IMG/VR virus record: IMGVR_UViG_3300037467_001397
Span: 2,549-66,548 of that record
Strand: one strand, 5' to 3'
Origin: a virus
DNA length: 64,000 nt
In this document: positions 26,531 to 35,617 of the stretch, piece by piece
Layout: each line of letters opens with the position of its first letter
How positions within the stretch are numbered: the first letter of the stretch is position 1
Made by a program: the position numbers and the translations under genes
Notes under the pieces: model-generated
The model's input: only the letters and a program-made list of their open reading frames with translations
Databases searched by the model: none
What the model was told of the DNA's origin: nothing

Positions 26531-26913
26531 GCTGCGCCGCCCTCGATCACGCGCAGCAGCTCGCGGATCGGGCCGCGGCCGATCTGGCTCCAGTGCTTCT
26601 GGACGTCAGAGATAAAATACCGGACGACGTGCTCCATGATCACGCGCGTCTCGATGTAGTCCTCCCGCGGTAGCCGGGTGACGATCTCCAGGGCGGCGTC
26701 GACGATGCCGTGGTCGATCTCGTCCGTCGCGAAGGCGTCCAGCACCTTCGTGTCCACGCCCGTTTTGGCCCCCCAAACCTCGGCATAATTGTTATCGAGG
26801 ATCCGGATCACCCTGCGCAGCACGGCTGCGGCCCGGGGGAAATTGTCGATCGGGAGAGAGCCGACGATCTGGTACGCCGCACGGACCCGGATCATTTCCT
26901 CTCTCTCCGACAT
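26527..26913 (-). CDS. Hypothetical protein (internal duplication)
   Basis: Two similar halves (AAYQIVGSLP / AALEIVTRLP). Confidence 0.6.
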   Translation of the reverse strand: MSEREEMIRVRAAYQIVGSLPIDNFPRAAAVLRRVIRILDNNYAEVWGAKTGVDTKVLDAFATDEIDHGIVDAALEIVTRLPREDYIETRVIMEHVVRYFISDVQKHWSQIGRGPIRELLRVIEGGAA

Positions 26914-27238
26914 TGTTTTCTCATGGTAGGAACAAACAGAGAACAAGCCAAGGGTTGGACGGTCGCCTGTGGATGACTTTCTTCGCGCGACCGGGGATTA
27001 AGCGGCGGGGGCTGTACGTGCGCCTCTTTTTATACGCCCACAAGGCGATGCCGCCGCGGGTGGCTACGTATCAGGAGTAGCGAGCGCTATATGTCACACT
27101 CAACCTTCGCTGTGGAGGGGCGGTGGGGCCACATCCCGATATTTTTTTTCACTTCCTGAAACAGCCCTTGCGCTGTTTCACGATCCTGATCTAGGATCAA
27201 GTTGTTGATGGCGCCATCGCCGCCCCGAGACCAATCCC

Positions 27239-27523
27239 ATGCACACGTCCCCGAAGGAGCGTCGGATCTCCGACGCCCACGACCGCTTGTTGGACGCCTC
27301 CACGGCATTGACTGCCCTCCTCCTCTGTCAGGACCGCCGGGACGTCACGTCGACGCTGAGAGGCATCGACGCGGCCCTCGTGAGCCTCAACCAGGCCAGA
27401 AACCTGTACTGGCTGGCCCGTAGAAACGACGAACTCCGCATTTTGGTCTCAGATACCCTGCGCGCGCCAGATCGATGCGACCCCAATGATGAACATCGTC
27501 TGATGAAAGCCGATGTGATTTGA
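27239..27523 (+). CDS. Hypothetical protein
   Basis: 94 aa, helical. Confidence 0.55.
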   Translation: MHTSPKERRISDAHDRLLDASTALTALLLCQDRRDVTSTLRGIDAALVSLNQARNLYWLARRNDELRILVSDTLRAPDRCDPNDEHRLMKADVI

Positions 27524-27628
27524 GCAGTCGCCATAGCCCCTGCGCATAGCCGCGCGCAATGCGCACGAATGCAGGCGAGAGTTCGGCGATCTACTGAACA
27601 GAAACATACAGAAACGCAGGAGGAGATT

Positions 27629-27880
27629 ATGAACTCGAGTTTAGTCGGGGACCGATACGTTTCGAGCATCGTTCGATGCCCAAAAAGCATCGGTGTCTCG
27701 TCCGAGGTCTGGGAAGCGCTCTGCGAGGCGCGGGACGCCTTCGGCGCCATCACCCTGACCAGCAAAGCGATCAGCGGCGCGAGCCTATCCGACGAGGCGC
27801 AGAAGCGCGTCCGGCGCGCCAGGATCGCGATCGAGCGGGCGCTCAACATCGCCATCCCGGAGGGCGACGATGCCCGGTGA
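27629..27880 (+). CDS. Hypothetical protein
   Basis: AGGAGG RBS before ATG 27629. Confidence 0.65.
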   Translation: MNSSLVGDRYVSSIVRCPKSIGVSSEVWEALCEARDAFGAITLTSKAISGASLSDEAQKRVRRARIAIERALNIAIPEGDDAR

Positions 27881-28199
27881 CGTCCGCATGCCGCTGATCA
27901 TCTGGGCGACCCGCGCTGAGTACGGCGAGCTGATCTCCGCCCTCGGTGCCGACGACAGCTTTCATGATGTCCTGCGCCGGGTCGTGCTGGCGCATCAGGA
28001 CCGCCTCGCCACGGTGACGTTCACGCTCACCCAGGACGACGCCGAGCGGATCACCGAGTCCCTCGACATCACCGACTTCGCCGAGATCACCGACCTCATC
28101 GAGCAGATGCGCGAGCAGCTCGAGTGGCTGCGGCGCAACCGGACCATCACCGCCACCCGCTTCGCGCTGCCGAATGTCGGCACGTTCTTCGGAGATTGA
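27870..28199 (+). CDS. Hypothetical protein
   Basis: 109 aa; GGAGG RBS; overlaps the upstream gene. Confidence 0.7.
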   Translation: MPGDVRMPLIIWATRAEYGELISALGADDSFHDVLRRVVLAHQDRLATVTFTLTQDDAERITESLDITDFAEITDLIEQMREQLEWLRRNRTITATRFALPNVGTFFGD

Positions 28200-28200
28200 G

Positions 28201-30366
28201 ATGGGAGCGCCGGCTATTCAGACGGCTGCGGCCGACGATCCTTGGGCCTTTCAGACTGACCTCGTTCATCAGATCGAGGCCGCCCTTGGCAACCATGCTT
28301 CTGTCCTCCTCCAGCTCCCCACGGGCGGCGGCAAGACCCACGTCGCCGCCGCGGTGATCAGGCGCTGGAATGCACGCAAGAAGCGGGTCTGGTTCGTCTG
28401 CCACACTCGCGAGCTGATCCAGCAGACCTGCGGCAAACTGAATGCGCTCCGCGTCTCTCACGGGGTCGTGTCGCCGGAGTATCTGCCAGCCTACGAGCGT
28501 CGCGTGCAGGTCTGCTCGGTAGACACCCTGCGCAGCCGGATCGGCAAGCTCGGCGACCTTCTGCAAGATCCCGATCTGATCGTGTGGGACGAGTGCCAGC
28601 ACGTCGCTGCGCCCTCTTGGGCCGCGATCAAGGAGCGATACGCCAAGGCCAGGCACCTGGGCCTCACCGCAACGCCAGAGCGCCTTGACGGCACGGGCCT
28701 CGGGCAGTGGTTCGACCATATGATCTGCGGGCCGACGACCCGCGATCTCATCGCGCGCGGTCGCCTGTCTCGCTACCGCCTCTTCGCGCCCACAATCCCG
28801 GATCTCCGGGGCGTGAAGACCCTGGCCGGCGATTACGCCGCAGCCGACCTGGATGAGCGGATGGGCGGCCCCGTGCTCGTCGGCGATGTGGTCGAGCACT
28901 ACCGCAAGCTGGCGCCCGGCGCGCGAGCGATCGTGTTCGCAGTCAGCGTGAAGCACTCCCAGGCCGTCGTGGAGCGGTTCCGGGGGGCCGGGATCCCGGC
29001 GGCCCATGTCGACGGAAGAACCTCAAAGGATGACCGTGACGCCGCGGTAGCGCGGCTCGCGTCCGGCGAGATCCGGATCTTGTCGAACGTGCGGGTGTTC
29101 ACGGAGGGGTTCGACCTTCCTGCGATCGATGCCGTGATCGTCCTGCGCCCCACGAAATCGCGGGCGCTGTTCCTTCAGATGATCGGCCGGGGCTTGCGCG
29201 GGGCGGAGGGTAAGGCTGCCACGATCGTCCTGGACCATGCGGGTGTGGTGTACGAGCACGGCCTGCCGGACGATGCCTATGAGTGGACGCTGGACGGACA
29301 GGCGGACCGCGGAGGCAGGCGGAATAAGCCGCTCGGCAGCCGCCTGCGGCGCTGCCCGGAGTGCAACGCGGTTCACGAACGGGCGGCAGAGTGCGTCGAG
29401 TGCGGACACGTCTATGCGCCCGGCGAACGGACGATCGACGAGGTCTATGGGGAACTGAGGGAAATCTGGGGACAGATACCGGACGGCTACGTGAATATGT
29501 CAGACTTCGAGAAGATGGTTGGCATTTCTGACAGGTCGTCTTACGGGCTCATTAAGCGTGGATTGCCCGCCGTAAAATGCTCCGGCATCACTATGATCGA
29601 TGTGTCGGAAGGAGTAAAATGGTTTTACAGCTACGCAGAAGACAGCCAGAGGCTGGCGGGACTTAGAAAGCGCCCAGGAGATCATATCGACTACCTCACT
29701 TCATTTGAGTTAGCGCAGCGGCTTGGCATTCCCGCCACCACGACCGCGCAATGGGTCCGCCGCGGCCTGCCGATCGGGGCAAACGGTTACATCCATTTCG
29801 ATAAAGCAAAGCAATGGATTGCTGAGAATACTAGGTTTTCGACGCACCTTGAGTGCGAAGGACTTGAGAAAATATCAGATTTTGCGAAACGAATACGCCG
29901 AACCGTAAGCGCGGTCTATCAATATGCCAAATCGGGCATGCCAACGTTGGACAATAGTTGGGTGCAAGTGGAAGAAGCACTTGATTGGTGCCGAGAAAGG
30001 GGATTGGGGCATACGCCGGACCTGCTCAGCATCACAGCATTTGCAGAGCACATTGGATGTTGTCAACAAACAGTAACAAAGTGGATGGGCGTGGGTCTGC
30101 CCTTCAAAGGCAACAAAAGAATACCGCTGGATGAGGCCCTCGCCTGGGTCTACTCGGACCCCGAGGCTAGACGCCTGGTGCCCCCGCGCGGCAGCGCCGC
30201 CGGGGGATACGAAAAGCAATATGCCTTCGCGAAGCGGGTCGGCAGTCCAGCCTCGACCGTGGCCCACTGGGTTTCGAAGGGTCTACCCGTTGCCGATAAC
30301 GGCTGGGTCCACGTCGAGAGAGGTCTCGCTTGGTACAAAGACTACAAATCCAAGCAGCGCAAGTAG
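28201..30366 (+). CDS. SF2 (DEAD/DEAH-like) helicase with Zn finger and five C-terminal winged-HTH repeats
   Basis: LPTGGGKT, IVWDECQH, GLTATP, VFTEGFDLP, QMIGRGLR; CPEC..CVECG; five K/R-G-L/M-P-centred repeats from about 29488. Confidence 0.9.
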   Translation: MGAPAIQTAAADDPWAFQTDLVHQIEAALGNHASVLLQLPTGGGKTHVAAAVIRRWNARKKRVWFVCHTRELIQQTCGKLNALRVSHGVVSPEYLPAYERRVQVCSVDTLRSRIGKLGDLLQDPDLIVWDECQHVAAPSWAAIKERYAKARHLGLTATPERLDGTGLGQWFDHMICGPTTRDLIARGRLSRYRLFAPTIPDLRGVKTLAGDYAAADLDERMGGPVLVGDVVEHYRKLAPGARAIVFAVSVKHSQAVVERFRGAGIPAAHVDGRTSKDDRDAAVARLASGEIRILSNVRVFTEGFDLPAIDAVIVLRPTKSRALFLQMIGRGLRGAEGKAATIVLDHAGVVYEHGLPDDAYEWTLDGQADRGGRRNKPLGSRLRRCPECNAVHERAAECVECGHVYAPGERTIDEVYGELREIWGQIPDGYVNMSDFEKMVGISDRSSYGLIKRGLPAVKCSGITMIDVSEGVKWFYSYAEDSQRLAGLRKRPGDHIDYLTSFELAQRLGIPATTTAQWVRRGLPIGANGYIHFDKAKQWIAENTRFSTHLECEGLEKISDFAKRIRRTVSAVYQYAKSGMPTLDNSWVQVEEALDWCRERGLGHTPDLLSITAFAEHIGCCQQTVTKWMGVGLPFKGNKRIPLDEALAWVYSDPEARRLVPPRGSAAGGYEKQYAFAKRVGSPASTVAHWVSKGLPVADNGWVHVERGLAWYKDYKSKQRK

Positions 30367-30412
30367 CGCGCCACAAGCCAATAAGCTGCCGTCCTCATTG
30401 GGAGATCACCTA

Positions 30413-31366
30413 GTGCCCCGCCATGTCTGGAAATCGACTGAGGTTGCGTGGCTGCGCGAGAACTACCTCAAGCTCGGCGCCAAGGCGTGCGCGGAGCACA
30501 TCGGCAACACGACCGCCGAGGCAGTGATCAAGACGGCGCGCCGCTACGGGATCGCGCAGCGCGCCGCCGACATCCAGGACCCCTCGTCCGAGTGGGCCGA
30601 TGCCGTGATCCGGCGGGCGCACGAGAGCGGCAGCCACAACCCGTGGCTTGACGCCTCACGCACCCTTGGCCGGACACGGCGATGGGTGCGGCGGCGCGCG
30701 AATAAGTTGGGGCTGCGGGCGCGGAGCGTCGCTCGGCGCCCCTGGTCGGCCGCCGAGGAGGCGTTCGTCGCACAGCGCCTGCACTGGCCGGCTCATCGCC
30801 TCGCCTCCGCGATGCGGGAGAATGGCTGGCAGCGGACGCAGTTCGCTGTCGAGCACCACCTCAAGCGCCGCGCACTGTCCGGGACCGACACAAGCTACAT
30901 GAGCGGCCTGGGCGCGGCAGCCGCGCTCGGCGTGAGCCTCACGACGATCCGGCGCTGGATCCACACCGGCCTGCTGATCGCCGAGCCGCGCGACCCAGAC
31001 TCCGCCTCGGCCGCCCAGACGGGGGCAGCCAAGGCGGTCTGCATCGCCGAGGAAGATCTCGCCGCCTTCATCCTGCTCAATCCCGAGAAGGTCAATTTCA
31101 CGAAGATCGAGGTGGCACAGACGAAGACTTGGTTCCTCGACCTAGTCAGTCGCTTTCCCAAGCCGCCGTCGCGGTCGGATTTGTACCAGCAGCGGCAGAT
31201 CGAGTCCCTGCACACATTCGAGCCCGACTTCGACGTCGAACGCATCGCGGCTGTGCTGAACACCGAGGAGTCGACCGTGCGCAGTGCTTTGGGCGAGCAG
31301 CGACGGCGGGACCGGGCTCGGGCACGCGAGCGCGCGATCCGTGCCGCTGGGCGGGAGGCGGCCTGA
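30413..31366 (+). CDS. Multi-HTH DNA-binding protein (Myb/AsnC-like repeats plus excisionase-like HTH)
   Basis: GTG after GGAG; W..TEVAWLRENY, WSAAEEAFV, AAAALGVSLTTIRRWIHTG. Confidence 0.7.
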   Translation: MPRHVWKSTEVAWLRENYLKLGAKACAEHIGNTTAEAVIKTARRYGIAQRAADIQDPSSEWADAVIRRAHESGSHNPWLDASRTLGRTRRWVRRRANKLGLRARSVARRPWSAAEEAFVAQRLHWPAHRLASAMRENGWQRTQFAVEHHLKRRALSGTDTSYMSGLGAAAALGVSLTTIRRWIHTGLLIAEPRDPDSASAAQTGAAKAVCIAEEDLAAFILLNPEKVNFTKIEVAQTKTWFLDLVSRFPKPPSRSDLYQQRQIESLHTFEPDFDVERIAAVLNTEESTVRSALGEQRRRDRARARERAIRAAGREAA

Positions 31367-31953
31367 TGCGGAACCGTCAGTTCACGAACCGCGACCTCGA
31401 GCGCATGGAGGCCATGGCGCTGCGCGGGTGCAACGCTCCGACGATCGCAGCAGCGATCGGCTGCAATCGGGAGTCCGTCCGCAAGTACGTCGGCGACATC
31501 ATGCGGAGGGTCCGGCAGCCCCGGACACGCTTCAATCGAGACCATATCCGCCGGCTCGCGCGCGAGCGCCACTCGACCAGGGAGATCGCGGCCAAGGTCG
31601 GGTGCAGCCCGGACACTGCCTACCGCATTGCCGGCGACATCATCCGGCGGAACGCGCAGGACAATCCCATGCGGGAGCAGATCCGCAAGCTGGCGCGGGA
31701 GGGGCGGTCGCGCGAGTACATCGCCACGGCGCTCGGGATCGCTAAGTCGACCGCCCACCGGCACGCGCGCGACATCTTCGACGCCAAGAAGGCGGCCCAG
31801 GAAGCGCGCAGGCTGCACGCCTACGAGCAGGCCGACGCCGACGGCAAGCGCGAACTCGCGGCCGCCTTTGGCTACGCGAACGTGCGGTCGATGTGGGTCA
31901 GCATGCACTTCTTGAGGCGACGGCTGAGCGCCGAGACCAAGCTCGCCGCCTGA
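31366..31953 (+). CDS. Tandem-HTH protein (3-4 HTH units)
   Basis: TIAAAIGCNRESVRKY; EIAAKVGCSPDTAYR; YIATALGIAKSTAHRH; ELAAAFGY. Confidence 0.8.
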   Translation: MRNRQFTNRDLERMEAMALRGCNAPTIAAAIGCNRESVRKYVGDIMRRVRQPRTRFNRDHIRRLARERHSTREIAAKVGCSPDTAYRIAGDIIRRNAQDNPMREQIRKLAREGRSREYIATALGIAKSTAHRHARDIFDAKKAAQEARRLHAYEQADADGKRELAAAFGYANVRSMWVSMHFLRRRLSAETKLAA

Positions 31954-31977
31954 TCCTGCTCCCTCGAAAGGTTACGC

Positions 31978-32340
31978 ATGAGCGTACGGTATAATTGGGG
32001 TCGAACGCCGCTCTCTCCGGAGGAGCGCGCCAGGGCGCGGCTCCTGTGCGGCGCGCGCGGGATGACGACGTACGAAGCCGCCGACGAACTCGGTCGCAGC
32101 CAAGCGGCGGTTGCCAATGCAGTGCGCGGCATTCGCAAACGCGCCGGGCGCGCGCCTGACTACGAGCGGGCCCGGCGGATCGTTGCCGCCTACGAGGCCG
32201 CGGTCTCTGGGCGCGGCGGCACTGTCGCAGGCTTGGTCGAGCGATGGGGCTACCGGAACGCCAGGAGCCTGTCCGGGTCGATCCCGCACTATCGGCGGAT
32301 GCTCGCGGCGCAGGCCGCCCAGACGCGGGAGGCCGCGTGA
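31978..32340 (+). CDS. HTH protein
   Basis: GMTTYEAADELGRSQAAVANAV. Confidence 0.7.
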   Translation: MSVRYNWGRTPLSPEERARARLLCGARGMTTYEAADELGRSQAAVANAVRGIRKRAGRAPDYERARRIVAAYEAAVSGRGGTVAGLVERWGYRNARSLSGSIPHYRRMLAAQAAQTREAA

Positions 32341-32541
32341 CCTTGTCCGTAGTGGCCTCGGCCTGGATCGTCTTGCACCTCGCCTGCACCGCTTTCGTCC
32401 TCGTCCTGATGGTCCTGTCGGACCGCGACTTCGAGAGGGAGCAGGGCATGAACGCCTCCCCGGCGGATGCGACGGGGGCGATCAGCGAGGAGTTCCTAGA
32501 ACGGTTCAGCCGCAGCACTACGAAATCACAACGTCGTGAAA

Positions 32542-32850
32542 CTATGGTTTTTCAGCGTTGGCGATCACCCGGGCGATTGAGCCGTATGCGCGCTTCTTCA
32601 GGACGTGATTCAGTCCTTCCACGAACAGGTCGTGCTCCTTACACCGCTCATGGTAGGCGATGTCGCGCAGCACCTCCTTCACCGCAGGGTGGATGTAGAA
32701 CGGTGTCGGCTTGGGCTTCGCGGTCGTCTTGGGCGGCCGTCCGACTTTGCGGACCGGCAGATCTGTCGGTTCCTCCGCCGGCGCGGCAGGTTTCAGATCC
32801 TCGACGCTCATGCTCTCCGGGTCAAAGATCGAGGGGGCGCGACGGCTCAT
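32542..32850 (-). CDS. Ribbon-helix-helix partition partner (ParG/CopG-like)
   Basis: Flexible N-terminus, then PTPFYIHPAVKEVLRDIAY...HDLFVEGLNHVL; ATGA overlap with parA. Confidence 0.7.
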   Translation of the reverse strand: MSRRAPSIFDPESMSVEDLKPAAPAEEPTDLPVRKVGRPPKTTAKPKPTPFYIHPAVKEVLRDIAYHERCKEHDLFVEGLNHVLKKRAYGSIARVIANAEKP

Positions 32851-33524
32851 GGCTTGCTCTCCGATTGCACGTTGACCCACTGCCAAAGCCTGCGCAACTC
32901 GGCGGCGGCCTTGCCGTCCGGGGCGTACTCGGTCACCCCCTGCCCTGCCGCAAAGGCATCCTGGTAGTCGTTGCGCAGCAGGATCAGCGGCTCGGCCATG
33001 AAGCCGATCGAGGCGAGGCCGATCGCGGTGTCGTTCGCGCGGCTGTTGCGCGGGATCGTCGAGCACTGGTTGAGCACGAACGCGAACGGCTTGCCGCTGT
33101 GCATGATGGCTTGGACGGTCGCGCGCACGGCCAGGAGATCCAGGCGCGTCGGCCGGATCGGAACCAGGCAATAGGTCGAGGCATCCATCGCGGCGCGCGT
33201 CGTCGGGTTGTCGGCGCCGGCCGTGTCGAGGATCGCGAGCGTCACGCCCTTCCCTTCCAAGCCGTCGAGCATCTTCCCCATCTGCCCGATCCGGTCGGCC
33301 GGGAAGCGCTCCACCACGGGGAGGTGGGGCTCGGGCACGGCAGTCGCGTCGGCCTTCCGGCGCATCCGGCCCCATTCGACGAGCGACCCCTGCGGGTCGA
33401 GATCGAAGGCCGCGACGGTCTCTCCGGCCTGCTGGGCCGCGATGGCGAGCGAGGTGGCCAGGGTTGTTTTCCCTGCCCCGCCCTTCTGAGTAACGAGTGT
33501 GATCGTGCGCATGGGCAATGCCAT
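32847..33524 (-). CDS. parA: ParA-family Walker ATPase (short type Ib)
   Basis: QKGGAGKTT, DLDPQGS, ILDTAG; no N-terminal HTH. Confidence 0.92.
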   Translation of the reverse strand: MALPMRTITLVTQKGGAGKTTLATSLAIAAQQAGETVAAFDLDPQGSLVEWGRMRRKADATAVPEPHLPVVERFPADRIGQMGKMLDGLEGKGVTLAILDTAGADNPTTRAAMDASTYCLVPIRPTRLDLLAVRATVQAIMHSGKPFAFVLNQCSTIPRNSRANDTAIGLASIGFMAEPLILLRNDYQDAFAAGQGVTEYAPDGKAAAELRRLWQWVNVQSESKP

Positions 33525-33600
33525 GATGCCGAAACGTTACCGCTTCGTAAAGTTGCGACGCCGTGAATGCATGGTGTCAAAATTTCTCAAAGCCCTGCCC

Positions 33601-33646
33601 TTGCGATATCGCAATTTCACAGTATCATGAAATTGCGATATCGCGA
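33601..33646. promoter_or_regulatory. Palindromic operator or centromere-like site upstream of parA
   Basis: Perfect 17-bp inverted repeat (33603-33619/33628-33644); each arm contains the palindrome GCGATATCGC. Confidence 0.6.
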
Positions 33647-33702
33647 AGTGGTCGGATGATGCTTTCGGGAACGGCACTTATCGAAACTTCGGAGGGAGCG
33701 CG

Positions 33703-33978
33703 ATGAGCGAGATGGTTGAGCGCGTGGCCCGAGCGCTGTGCCGCCGGCAAGTCATGAACAACCTCGGGGCGGAGCAATGGCCAGAGGAGAGGATCCGGGC
33801 CGCAGTCGGCTGTTCGTGGCAGTCGTGGACGTTCGCTGCCCAGGCCGCCATCAAGGCCATGAGCGAGCCAACTGACGCGATGATCGAGGCGGGCGAAGAG
33901 GAAATCCTGTGCCGCCGGCAGGCGGGGGCGGGCGTGTTCGCCGCAGACATCTACGCCGCGATGATGAAGGCCGAGTGA
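33703..33978 (+). CDS. Small phage protein, MSEMVERVA family
   Basis: GGAGGGAG RBS; paralogue of 35097 and 37258. Confidence 0.75.
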   Translation: MSEMVERVARALCRRQVMNNLGAEQWPEERIRAAVGCSWQSWTFAAQAAIKAMSEPTDAMIEAGEEEILCRRQAGAGVFAADIYAAMMKAE

Positions 33979-34272
33979 GACGGGCGGGAGCGCAGAGGAT
34001 GACCGCTTGTGGATCAGCGTTGACAACTCGCCGCAGCCCGGCCGACATGAGCGGCTACGCATCGGGAGATCAACGCCGCGAGATAGCCCACAAAAGCCAA
34101 CAGCCCCGTCCCGGCAAGGACGAGGCTGCTGAAAACCTGATGGTTTGTAGGAGACCACGTGAGACCTCCTACAAGCCATACGGCGCCCCTGGCGTCAAGC
34201 CGGAATGGCAATTCCGGCAACAGGAGAGGCTTGCCTGGACCCTGGACCGCGGCCCGACAGGGACCGTGAAGG

Positions 34273-34821
34273 ATGACCTACGAATTGCCGCGCGCCGTGC
34301 AGGTGCGCTTGCTGACCGCTGCCCGCGGCCTGCGGAACGCCGACGCCGTGATGGCGCTGGCGACCTTCCTGGCGCGCTGGCACACGGGGCCAAAGGTGAT
34401 CGGCCGACCGTTCACGGTGGATCGGATCGCGCTCTCCGCGCACCTCGATCTGGATTTGTCGGCATCGCAGATCCGCGGGGCTCTGGCCGCGCTGGATCGG
34501 ATCGGCCTGCTGGAGCGGCATGTGATGCCGGGATCACCGTATCGCAGGACGGAACACGGCCTGCGGCGGAAGCCGGTGCTCTGGCGGGTCGCGGCGGACT
34601 TCCTCGCCATGTTCGAGAAGGCCAACGCGGCGGCGACCGCCAAGCGCGCCTCGGTAGCCCGTCGAGCCCTTCCGCCGGTCGCGCCATTGGTCGCCAAAAA
34701 GGAAGGCTTCCGCCTGAGTTTGCTTTCTGGCGATCAGCCGAAGCCGAAGCCGGCGCCGCCGCAGTCGGATTCGGGGCTGGAAGCCTCAATCAGTCAGTGG
34801 AAGCGACTTGGCGGGTTCTAG
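34273..34821 (+). CDS. Winged-helix-like hypothetical protein
   Basis: LSASQIRGALAALDRIGLLER helix-wing pattern; AAGGA RBS. Confidence 0.6.
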   Translation: MTYELPRAVQVRLLTAARGLRNADAVMALATFLARWHTGPKVIGRPFTVDRIALSAHLDLDLSASQIRGALAALDRIGLLERHVMPGSPYRRTEHGLRRKPVLWRVAADFLAMFEKANAAATAKRASVARRALPPVAPLVAKKEGFRLSLLSGDQPKPKPAPPQSDSGLEASISQWKRLGGF

Positions 34822-35096
34822 CGATGCCCTGCGAAACGAAAACGGACCCCGCAGGGTCCGCTTCTGGCTCTCGCCGCACCGGGACAACTTGCGCCTCCAC
34901 AGGAGGACCGGCTTGCGCCGGCTTGGTGGCCGTATCGCCCGAAGGCTCACCAGCCCTAGGCCACGGCAGGGATATAGCACGCGCGGCACGGCGCGAAAAT
35001 GGGAGGCGCCAGCGTCTCCCGGTCGTTCGATGGCGGCGCCGTAGCGTCCGGTCAAACGAGCGTTCAACCGGATGAAACACCCCGCAGGAGGGAACG

Positions 35097-35372
35097 ATGA
35101 GCGAGATGGTCGAGCGCGTAGCCGAGGCGATAGCACCCGGCCTGCGGCACTATGAGAACTGCACGGGCAACCCGGCTGAGTTGCGACGCGCCGCCGCCCT
35201 GAAGCTCGCTCGCGCCGCCATCGAGGCCATGGGCGTGCCGACCGATGCTGCTCTCTGGACTGCCGCGGAGCACATCCGGCGAGAAGGCGGCCAAGTCGTT
35301 CTGACCGAGAACGGGCAGCCGGCTTTTCAGATCACGGTCGTCGCCCTCACCCCCACCACCCCGCAGGACTGA
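35097..35372 (+). CDS. Small phage protein, MSEMVERVA family
   Basis: AGGAGG RBS; N-terminus near-identical to 33703. Confidence 0.7.
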   Translation: MSEMVERVAEAIAPGLRHYENCTGNPAELRRAAALKLARAAIEAMGVPTDAALWTAAEHIRREGGQVVLTENGQPAFQITVVALTPTTPQD

Positions 35373-35617
35373 GAGGACGAGATGAGCGAGACCCTGATTG
35401 AACGCCTACGGCAGTGGCCGTCATGCCCGGCCGGCGCGGACCCGATGTCATCGGTCTATGTCGGGGACCTGATGAAAGAGGCCGCCGACGAGATCGAGCG
35501 GCTACGCGAGGCGCTGCACCAGATCGACGCCAGGACGTACAACTCCGCTTTCAAACGGGTTGCCCGCGCCGCCCTCGCCCCCACCACCCCGCAGGACTGA
35601 GAGGACGAGATGAGCGA
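35343..35617 (+). repeat. 47-bp direct repeat spanning stop-RBS-start junctions
   Basis: 35343-35389 and 35571-35617, one mismatch. Confidence 0.9.
35382..35600 (+). CDS. Small phage protein (AADEIERLR motif)
   Basis: 72 aa, bounded by the 47-bp repeats. Confidence 0.7.
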   Translation: MSETLIERLRQWPSCPAGADPMSSVYVGDLMKEAADEIERLREALHQIDARTYNSAFKRVARAALAPTTPQD

